Virus record (IMG/VR): IMGVR_UViG_3300008120_000136
Location: 1-41,844 of that record
Origin: a virus
Lineage: Duplodnaviria; Caudoviricetes
Length of the DNA: 41,844 nt
Direction: 5' to 3' (one strand)
A model generated the notes under the pieces. That model searched no databases. It was not told where the DNA came from and saw only the letters and a program-made list of their open reading frames with translations. Positions 9,531 through 18,800 of the stretch are shown here, in pieces (position 1 is the stretch's first letter; each line of letters begins with the position of its first letter). A program made the position numbers and the translations under genes.

Positions 9531-9958
9531 TGTTTGATCTCATAGACTCCGTCTTGTCTATGCAGTTGGATGTCTATAGACAATCTGAAATTCAAGACCC
9601 TGATACAGGCGCAATTAAGCGTGAATGGAATTATCATAGAACTGTTGATTGCCATGCAAAAGGTGTAATTAGTAACTCTGCAACAACACGCTCTAGTGAT
9701 AAGCAGGTGTTTAGCAATAAGTATATGAACGATCAAATAATTCAAGTTCGTACTTCAGACAAACTTACCATGCGTGAGAAGGTTACAAATATAAGAGATA
9801 AGTCTGGAAATGTCATATGGGCAGAAATAAATTTCCCAACAGAGACACCAACTGTATTTGAAGTAGTTGGAGTAACTCCAGTTACGGATCCATTTGGAAC
9901 AGTTATTGCATATAACTCATCTATGAAGAGATCGGAGAATCAGCAAATTGGACAATAG
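9530..9958 (+). CDS. Head closure/stopper protein
   Basis: LDVYRQ..QDPDTGAIKREW and FEVVGVTPVTDPFG. Follows the adaptor with a TAATG overlap. Confidence 0.65.
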   Translation: MFDLIDSVLSMQLDVYRQSEIQDPDTGAIKREWNYHRTVDCHAKGVISNSATTRSSDKQVFSNKYMNDQIIQVRTSDKLTMREKVTNIRDKSGNVIWAEINFPTETPTVFEVVGVTPVTDPFGTVIAYNSSMKRSENQQIGQ

Positions 9959-10736
9959 TGTAATGTTAGTCCAAGCTGCTAGCGGACTAGAGAGATTAAT
10001 GGTGGGCAATAGAAATAATGCCATGCTAAAAGATTCTACAGTTGCTCAGATATCGGCATATATGTATTACAACGCACAAGTAATATCTAAACTTACTACA
10101 AATAAAGCATTCCAGTCTAAATTTTCATCAGTTATATTTGCTCAAATAGATAAGGATTTTGGAGAGTATATAGATGCTATTGCCCGCAGTCGTCCTAAAT
10201 CACTGCACCATGTGTATGAATGGAAAAAGGTTGGTAATAAAACAGCTAGATTATTTGATTTAAAATTACTTTCTCAAGAAGGATTGTCATTTAAATTAGG
10301 TTATCAGTTCAAGCCATCTAAATCTTTTGTGCCAGCAAGTGGTCAATCTAGACGCAGACACGTATTCGTAGACAAAGCCTCAATTATGGAGGCGGGAACT
10401 CCATTAGTTATTTCTCCGAAATATGCAGAAAGATTAGTTTTTGAAATAGACGGAGAAACAGTATTTATGCCTAAAGGTCAATCTGTTAAAGTAAGACGCC
10501 CAGGTGGAACAGCAGCAACAAATCAATTTACGCTTGCACATGGAAGATTCTTTAGCAGCAATTTAGTTGGACTATCAATTCGTAAATCTGGCTTTCAAAG
10601 AATATTTAACGCTGGAATGGCTAAAGCTTTGAGCATTCCTACAAATATTAAAAGAATACAATTTTCATTTAGCCCAAACGCTATTAGAAGCCAAGCAGAT
10701 GCAGCCCTAGCACAGTCATTTGGAGGAGTATTATGA
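9948..10736 (+). CDS. Neck/tail completion protein (putative)
   Basis: Basic protein between the stopper and tail terminator. TTG start with GGAG upstream. Call rests on synteny. Confidence 0.5.
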   Translation: MDNSVMLVQAASGLERLMVGNRNNAMLKDSTVAQISAYMYYNAQVISKLTTNKAFQSKFSSVIFAQIDKDFGEYIDAIARSRPKSLHHVYEWKKVGNKTARLFDLKLLSQEGLSFKLGYQFKPSKSFVPASGQSRRRHVFVDKASIMEAGTPLVISPKYAERLVFEIDGETVFMPKGQSVKVRRPGGTAATNQFTLAHGRFFSSNLVGLSIRKSGFQRIFNAGMAKALSIPTNIKRIQFSFSPNAIRSQADAALAQSFGGVL

Positions 10737-11245
10737 CAGCCAATTATAAATTAGATGCCATGCTAGAACTGCGTAAGTTCTTATGGAACGAATTAAAGAC
10801 TCGTAAAATATTTGATGAAGATGATTATTGGTCAGATAATTTAAATGAGAATGTGATCCCAATTGTTCCTGTGCAGCAAACCGCTGAAATGAATCAATTT
10901 TTGAGCGGGAAGAAGCATATAGTCTATGACAAGATAGGCATGTCCTATGAAGATAACTGGATGATATGCTGCGAGCAGATCCTATTTACCATATATTCAA
11001 CAGACTTTGCTGAGATAAATGAGATTAGGAACTTTATGACAGATCAATTTAGACGTATGGATGAGTCAGCCAGAGATGTCAATTATTGGTCTGGACTATC
11101 AGACAAATTTAAATTCCATGCCATATTCTTGGCAGATATATCCCCTACCGCTCCTTCTGAGGAGCTTCAGGGATTTTTCTCTACAGACGTAATACTTGAA
11201 ATCAAATATTCAAGAATCTTGGACTCAGTAGGCAGATTCCTCTAG
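10733..11245 (+). CDS. Tail terminator protein (putative)
   Basis: Acidic 170-aa protein directly before the major tail gene. ATGA overlap. Confidence 0.55.
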   Translation: MTANYKLDAMLELRKFLWNELKTRKIFDEDDYWSDNLNENVIPIVPVQQTAEMNQFLSGKKHIVYDKIGMSYEDNWMICCEQILFTIYSTDFAEINEIRNFMTDQFRRMDESARDVNYWSGLSDKFKFHAIFLADISPTAPSEELQGFFSTDVILEIKYSRILDSVGRFL

Positions 11246-11248
11246 GGT

Positions 11249-11277
11249 TTGCCTTTTGACCCTTTATAGCCTAAAAT
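11249..11277 (+). promoter_or_regulatory. Promoter for the major tail gene
   Basis: TTGCCT (11249-11254), 17 bp spacer, TAAAAT (11272-11277). Shares the 12-mer TTTGCCTTTTGA with the head promoter. Confidence 0.7.
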
Positions 11278-11358
11278 TGGATAAGAGGAAAGAAGCCTAG
11301 CCAGCTAGATTTTTTTAAAAATTAAATACCACGAATTCCAGGAGGTGGAAATAAAAAC

Positions 11359-12081
11359 ATGGCACAAAACGCAGGTAATGCTAAAAACATTCTCGTAGGT
11401 GCATCCCCATTGTTTATTTCGAATATCGATTCAACAACAGCAGGATATGCAACATATGAGAATTCAGAGCCAGGAACAACAAACGCAAGCGCATTTGTAA
11501 CAGGAGAATCCTATACAACTACACTTAACGCAAAAGATTCTGGCACATTTTACTACAGAAACGTAGGATTTACCAACAACGGTCTTCAGATTACATATAA
11601 TCCAACATATGATTCAGTAACCGTAGACCAGTTGCTTGATACAGCTAAGCTGTTCAAGTCAGCGATGGAGGTTATGATCGCAACAGAAATGTCAGAAGGC
11701 ACACTAGAAAACGTTCTAGTTGTATTCGGACAGCCAGATGATCCAACAAATAACACTGCAATTACTCAGGACAATACTATTATCTCAACAGGTAGTGGTA
11801 CATCCAAGAAGGACACATTGGGTATCGCTGCTGGTGCTCTAGGTATCGCACCTACAGAGCGTCAGTTGGTAGCAGTTGGTCAAGCACCAACAGCTGCTGG
11901 ATCAAAGACAGAGCGTGTATATTATGCACGTCGTGTTCTTTCAGTACAACAGTCACAGTTCACTTTGGCACGTTCTACTCCAACAACATTTCCAGTAACC
12001 TTCCGTCTTCTCCCAACCGCTATGTCGGGTTATGAGGGCCAGGAGTACGGCAAGATTATTGACCGTGTATTGGTAGCGTAA
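11359..12081 (+). CDS. Major tail tube protein
   Basis: NILVGA..LFI, VGFTNNGLQITYNP..VDQ, TEMSEGTLEN, FPVTFRLL. Strong SD CAGGAGGTGG and a downstream terminator. Confidence 0.85.
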   Translation: MAQNAGNAKNILVGASPLFISNIDSTTAGYATYENSEPGTTNASAFVTGESYTTTLNAKDSGTFYYRNVGFTNNGLQITYNPTYDSVTVDQLLDTAKLFKSAMEVMIATEMSEGTLENVLVVFGQPDDPTNNTAITQDNTIISTGSGTSKKDTLGIAAGALGIAPTERQLVAVGQAPTAAGSKTERVYYARRVLSVQQSQFTLARSTPTTFPVTFRLLPTAMSGYEGQEYGKIIDRVLVA

Positions 12082-12099
12082 TAGCTAACTAGTAATTAA

Positions 12100-12129
12100 C
12101 AGGGGCCCCCGAAATTCGGGGGCTTTCTG
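12100..12129 (+). terminator. Intrinsic terminator after the major tail gene
   Basis: GCCCCCG-AAATT-CGGGGGC (12105-12123) followed by TTTCTG. Extendable with G-U pairs. Confidence 0.8.
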
Positions 12130-12130
12130 C

Positions 12131-12159
12131 TTGTGTTTATAATATGCATTTGTTATAAT
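12131..12159 (+). promoter_or_regulatory. Promoter for the chaperone/TMP operon
   Basis: TTGTGT (12131-12136), 17 bp spacer, TATAAT (12154-12159) with extended TG at 12151-12152. Confidence 0.7.
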
Positions 12160-12187
12160 GAATACAACTATCCATAAGGAGGATAAA

Positions 12188-12526
12188 TTGGCTACAACCG
12201 TATATGATGTAGAAGAAATTCAACTACAAAATGGGCTTAACGTAAAGCTCAAACCATTATCAATTAAAGAGCTTCGTAAGTTTATGGAAGCAATTCAAAA
12301 GACATCAACTGTAACTACAGAAGGCGAAACACTAACAATTCTTATTGACGCATGTGCAATTGCCTTGGAGAAACAGCTACCAGATTTGGTAAAAGATAGA
12401 GATGCACTAGAGGATGTCCTTGACGTTCCTACAATGAACCGCATTCTTGAAGTTTGCGGAGGAATCAAGCTTGACGACCCAAACCTTCTAGCGGCAGCGG
12501 TTCTGGCTGGTCAGAACTCGATCTAG
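12188..12526 (+). CDS. Tail assembly chaperone (gpG-like)
   Basis: AAGGAGG at 12176-12182 then TTG at 12188. VKLKPLSIKELRKF. Lies between the major tail and TMP genes. Confidence 0.85.
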   Translation: MATTVYDVEEIQLQNGLNVKLKPLSIKELRKFMEAIQKTSTVTTEGETLTILIDACAIALEKQLPDLVKDRDALEDVLDVPTMNRILEVCGGIKLDDPNLLAAAVLAGQNSI

Positions 12527-12530
12527 CCGC
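12478..12530 (+). promoter_or_regulatory. Programmed -1 frameshift signal (slippery heptamer plus hairpin)
   Basis: C CCA AAC at 12478-12484 in X XXY YYZ register, a 6-nt spacer, then a hairpin at 12491-12530. Confidence 0.85.
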
Positions 12531-12849
12531 ATTAGAGGGAGAAGTATTTCTCCTTGGACATTGGAAGAATTACCAGGAGCTAGAAGAAAATCTTTCAATG
12601 CCAGAACTACTGATGACTCTGGAGGCAATGCGAAAAAGAGAACATAATGAAAAAAAGTTCCAAGCATCGTTAAAGGGAGTAGACATTGGTGAATATCAAG
12701 AAGAGAGCAAGGGTAATAAGTTTGACGACATTCGTTTACGGGCAGCAGGAATAGATGCTACAGCAGACGATGTTGTTTCACTCCAAGGAGCATTTGCAGC
12801 AGAAGCTGGATTTGGAATTGGGGCAGGCTTAGGATACTCAAAGGAGTAA
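12484..12849 (+). CDS. Tail assembly chaperone frameshift extension (gpT part of a gpGT fusion of about 220 aa from 12188)
   Basis: The -1 frame is open from 12475 (TGA at 12472-12474) and reads PSSGSGSGWSELDLAALEGEVFLLGHWKNYQELEENLS into the tracked ORF 12598-12849. Confidence 0.8.
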   Translation, partial: PSSGSGSGWSELDLAALEGEVFLLGHWKNYQELEENLSMPELLMTLEAMRKREHNEKKFQASLKGVDIGEYQEESKGNKFDDIRLRAAGIDATADDVVSLQGAFAAEAGFGIGAGLGYSKE

Positions 12850-12857
12850 TATAATAA

Positions 12858-15800
12858 ATGGCTGATGAAGTAATCAGTACGAAGATAGTCGCTGATGCCG
12901 ACTTCTCAAGTCTTATTGCCGATGTGCATAAGGTTACTGCCAGCCTATCTAAATTACAGGAAAATCTTGCTAACTCTAATAAGATGTTGGCAAACAATGT
13001 TGCTGTAATAAATAGAAACTTTTCAGACACTCTTAGAAGTACCAGCCAATTCTCATCACACTTTGTAAGCCTTACATCAGATGTAGAAAAATTTGGTAAA
13101 AATCTTGATAGCGGAAGACTAAAGCTTAGAGATTATTTTAGTACATATCAAGGTCATATAAAGACATCTGGTGGCCTTATCAGAGAACTTGCAAGACAGC
13201 AAGTTGCAATGCAAAATGCTATTCTGCAACCCTTGGGTCGTAATGCTCAAGGGCTTATGCAGTTTAACGTACATGTACCTAGAGGATTAGATGCAATAAA
13301 GAATAAGACCTCTCTTGCAAGACAAGAACTTGCAATTATGAATAAGGTTATTCAAGACGGTGCAGTTCAGCTTATTAACTGGGGTAAAAATACTCAGTGG
13401 GCAGGTCGTCAGTTAACAGTAGGTTTAACTCTTCCAATCACAGCATTTGGTAAAGCTGCAGCAGACGCATTTAAGGTAGCGGATCAGGAACTAACTCGTT
13501 TAACTAAGGTTTACGGAGATGTTGCTGGAACATCTGCTCAAGAACTAGGTAAAGTAAGAGCAGAAGTTGTTGCTACTGCAAAAGAATTATCTGCAGCATA
13601 TGGAACTAGCTTTAGTGAAACAATTTCATTAGCGGCAGATATTGCTGCTACTGGTAAGCAAGGACAAGAGCTTTTAGATTCAGTAAAAGAAACAAGCCGT
13701 CTCGCAGTACTTGGTGAAGTAGATCGCCAAGAAGCAATGAAAGCAACCCTTGCAATTCAGTCTGCATTTAAGTCTAATACAGAAGAGTTAACAAATTCAA
13801 TTAACTTTCTTAACGCAGTTGAAAACCAAACATCAACAACTCTTAATGACCTAGTAGAGGCTATTCCAAAAGCTGGACCAGTTATTAAAGGTTTGGGCGG
13901 AAGCGTACAAGATCTTGCACTATACCTAACTGCTATGCGTGAAGGTGGTATTTCGGCATCAGAAGGTGCAAACGCATTAAAGTCTGCACTAGCATCTTTA
14001 ATTAACCCTACAGATAAAGCAGTTGAAAAATTTAAAACAATGGGCATAGACTTGCTAGGTATAGTAAATCAAAATGCTGGGAATGTTACTGGAACCCTCC
14101 TTGCCCTACAAGCAGCATTAGATAATTTAAATCCTCTACAAAAACAACAGGCTATCGAACAGCTATTTGGTAAATTTCAGTTCTCTCGTCTAAACGCATT
14201 ATTTGAAAATTTAGGTCGTCAAGGTAGCCAGACACTACAAGTTTTAGATCTTATGAAGGCAAGCACTACAGATTTAGCTTCTGTAGCTGGCCGAGAATTA
14301 ACAGCAGTTACTGAATCTGCATCTGGTAAATACCGCAGAGCCCTTGAAAGCTTGAAGGCTGATTTAGCTGGAGTGGGAGAACAGTTCCTAACAATTGGAA
14401 CTAAAATTATTAATATTGTAGACAAGGCTTTAGACTTCTTCAATGGTCTACCTAAACCAGTCAAAACCGCCATAACATTCCTTGGAGCTTTAACTGCTAT
14501 GGCTGGACCTCTAATTATGTTAACTGGTCTTTTAGCTAACTTCTTCGGATATATTCTTAAGGGCGTAATGCATATGAAGGCATTCTTCAGAGGTGGAGAA
14601 GGATGGAAGTATTTAACTCCAGAAATGATTGCAGCAGAAAAAGCTGGCAAGATGTTGGAGCAAACATTTTATAGTGATGCAAAAGCAGCATCTATTCTAC
14701 AATTAGCATTAAAGAATCTTATAGATGAATTTAGCATATTAGAAGCAAAAGCTAAGTCTGGTTCAATTTCTGTAAATCCAGCAGTTTCAACTATGGCTGG
14801 AAGCGTAATTATGGGAGCAGGCGGAAGAGTAGTAAATCCTCAACACCCATTAGTTGGTCCGATGGGAACTCGTGCTTCAACACATATGGTCCCTCGTGCT
14901 TCAATGACAGAAGAGCAAAGAATGTCTCAAACCATATTTGGTTTGGTTCCAGGATCTGTTCCAGTAAATAGAAAAATTGGTGATGCCCCACAGATTTACA
15001 TGAATGATCCGTTGCCTTCAGTACCAGGACTTACAACAGTTGGCGGAGTTTCTACAGGTGTAGTATCTGGTGAAGCCGCTAGATGGCATGCAATGATGGG
15101 AACTCTTGCAATGCAATCAAAGGCAGAAATAGAAGCTTTGAAGAAACAAATTGCTACAACTGGAGTTGTAAGCAAAGACTTCATGAATCAATTTGATGAC
15201 GTACTACCTATTGTTTCTGGAATTACTGATAATGCAGCAAAACAATCAGCACTAATTGTTGCAGAACTTCGTGCTGGTAAATTAACTGTTGAACAAGCTC
15301 GTGCTCAAATTATTGCATTAAACCTAGAGGTTGAGCGTATGATTACCAGCGCAGTAGGAACACAGGCTGCAGCAATGGGAAGAACACTAAATCCAACAGT
15401 TGTTCCTACATTAAATCAGCCAGTAGTAGATGCAACTGGTAAGTCAAATATGCGTGAGCTATTTAAGAAGAGTAAAACTCGTGATCTTATTGATAAGGTA
15501 GCTAGATCTCTAGGAGTAAGAACTTCTGGAGCTGGATACAACATTGAAACAACTCGTCCACGTAAGATGAATACTGGTGGATATGTATATGGCATGAATG
15601 ATGGAAGTATTGTTCCTGGTCCAAATGTCAACGCAGACGTTGTTCCAGCAATGCTCACTCCTGGAGAATTTGTTGTAAACAGAGAAGCAACTGCCAGAAA
15701 CCTTCCGTTGCTCATGGCAATCAATGGTGGAGCTGGAGATGGCGGACCTAAATTTGCTACTGGAGGAATTCAGCCAGAACTTGGACAAAACCTATATGGA

Positions 15801-18800
15801 CAGATTTTAGATATTGAATCTAGGTATCAAAGCTCGGCGGAAGCATTAAAAACTCCAGATGCAATGGGAAGAACTGGATGGGATAGAGAATTTAGATTTA
15901 GATATATAATGAATAATGCTAGCGCTATTCTTGGCCTTGGAATTCCAGGGCTTAGTGTAGATGAAGCAATTAGAATGGCTACAGAAGATTCAGATGAAGT
16001 TTTACGTAAGTCTTTCCAGCAGAACCTAAATTTTGGTAAAGGCGATATAAACAGAAAAACATTTAAGACAGAAGCAGAGCGTGTAGCAAAAAATAGACAT
16101 AAAAAGATTAAAACTAAATATGGAAGATCTTTAATTGGTAAAAGTTCTGCTCAAGCGCTATCTGCAACAAATGCTAGTATAAAGTCAACACAGCTTTTAC
16201 AAGGATTAGCTGCTATGGATCCAGAAGCTGCAAGCCATGTTTATTCTAAACTATTCCCGCAAGGAATAAATCCAGCAGACCTTAGAGCAAGAAATTTATT
16301 TGAGTCAGAGCATATTTCTCCAAGAGCCACATTTGGATATTCTGCTGCTGGAAACTACTTGCAAGCAATTGGTGGAGAGTCATATTTAAATAGATCTCAT
16401 AATACTCTAAGTGCTCGTGGATTAATGATTAATGCTGTTCCGTCATCTTCAAGACAGGCTGCATCTATAATTGCACAACAGCAAAGAAATAGAGCTGGAG
16501 TACCACTTGCACGGGCACGTGCTGGAGGATCTCGCTCAGGCTTTGCACCATTTATGAGAAACTTTATGATGGGTACGTATCGTCGTCCATCATTGAGTTT
16601 TGTTGGTGGCATGAATGACGGAGGTATGGTTCCTGGATATAATAATGGCGGAATTGTTTATGCAAATAAAGGTAGATTTATTCAAGGATTTAGACAAGGT
16701 GCTACGCCAAGAAAGCAAGGAGAATTTGATCCAAGTGGCGGAATGATGGCATCAATGGCGGGATTTGGAGTAATGGCTGGAGGACAAGCATTATCTGGAT
16801 CTAATCCTATGCTCGGACAAAGTATGCAAATTGCTGGTATGATAATGCAATTCTATCCATTACTTGGAATGCTTGGAAGAGCAGTAAAAGGATTTACTAC
16901 TCTAGGAAGTGCTGCTGTAAAATTTGGTTCAATTGCTGGCCGAACATTCCTTATGGTCAAAAATGCAATTGCTGTATTAACTGGACCAATTGGCTGGATT
17001 ACTGCAGGACTTACTGCAATAGTTGGACTAGCTCTTAAAATTAGAAAAGATGCTGCAGAAAAAGAAGCCAATGAGTCAGCAATGTTCGGTCTATCCGAAA
17101 AGGGTGCAAAAGAATTAGGAATTGTTTATACAAATCTCGGAGACAAAATAAAGGCAGTTAGAGAAGAACAGAAGCTTATGGCAGATAAAGCCAGAGCTCA
17201 ATTTGAGTCATATACCTCTGCTGGAATAACTGGAATATCTCTAACTATTAAAGAGCTTAAGGAACTTAAAGAGCGTGTAAAGACAGACATGCCAGAAATG
17301 CTTAAGACTCTTAATAGCATTGATTCTAGTCAATTAACTCAGTGGGCTTCAAACGTTAAGGCTCAAATGGTTTCTGCTGGCAAGAGCGTACAAGAAGCAA
17401 ATAACCTAATATATGCGCTTATTGAATCTTCTAATAAGGCTGGTATGGGAGTTGCTGCATTAACAGATAAAGCATTTAATGCAATTCAAGATAAAGGATC
17501 CGCAGCAGCGTTTGTAGTAAAAACTTTGGCAGAAAATTTTGATAAAGTAAATAGTATAGATTCAGACGCATTTGCTTCAAATGTTGATACTGCTGTAACA
17601 TCTATGGACAATGCGGTTCAGGCATTAATTGGAACTAAGAATGCTCAAGGCGACATACTAGATGAAGCAGAAGCATTGCTATCTATTTATGGAGAAATGG
17701 AAAATTCTAATACAAAGAATAAGGTTCTTTCAGAAGATGTCTTAAAGACTTTACAAAAAGAGCGTCCAGAGCTAGCTGCAATTTTGAATAAAGGCGATAC
17801 TATTGGATCGATGTATGCTAAATGGAGATTGCTGCTTTCAGGAGTTGCGTTAGACCTAAAGAGCCTTACTGCAGAGCAAGCTGAAATGATTGCTGTATTC
17901 CAAGCTGGACTAGATGCTGCTGCACAGACAGCTCTTGTAGTTGGAAATAATCTTTCTGGTGTTCCAAATGTTGCTACTACTCTTAAGAAAGTAAATGACG
18001 CACAACTTGCGGCATCAAAGAAGGCCACAGCGGCGGCTAATGGAGAATTAGGTGCAAATAAAGAATTAATAAAGAAATATCAAGAACAGATTAAGTTAAT
18101 CCGTGAGAGAGCAAATGAGAAGAAGAAAGCTCTTCAGGATACTTTAGATGCAGAAAATACAGAACTAGAATTACAAAAATTACAGCTAGATTATCAAGCA
18201 GCACTTGCTCGTGGAGATAAAGATGCTGCAATGCAGGCTCAGCTATCTATTAGACAACTTACCAAGCAATTTGAAGTTAAGAAAGCAATGGATCGCATTG
18301 ATGATAATGCTGCTAAAGAAGAAGCAAAAGTCCAATCACTAATTGATAAAGAAAATGCTAAAAATGATACAGCGGGTAAAACTGGTCAAAACAATCAAAA
18401 CTTAGCAAATAACCTTGCTGCTTCAGCAGCTGCAATAACAGGATTTGCAAATCGATTTACTACAATTGCTGGAAATAAAGCTCAGGCAGATATGCTTGAT
18501 CCAAAGAGTGACGCATATAAAAAGGCTCAGGAAGCAATTAAAATTGATTTTAGCAACTTTATGGTTGACCTCCTTAAATCTGCAAACTCTGATAAATATG
18601 TAGCAGAAGCATTTTCTAATTTAATTACTAAAGATCCAAAGACTGGAAAATATGTAGAAGCTCAATCAAAGACATACACATTTCCTAAGCGTGGAAAAGT
18701 TACAATGGGTGGAGCATTCGATCAGCTTGGAAATCTATCTGAGAGTATGGTTTCTTTCTCTAAAGAACTTATGGGTAAAAATGGAATATCTCTTAGCGAA

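Noticed and set aside
12158-12187. Tracked upstream starts at 12158, 8110, 3786, 384 and 31158
   Set aside because: They fall inside promoter elements or upstream genes. Downstream starts have SDs, leaderless spacing, stop-start coupling or (for 31236) a smaller overlap.
12850-12855. TATAAT just before the TMP start
   Set aside because: Only 2 nt from the ATG, too close for a start site. The AAGGAG SD upstream explains initiation.
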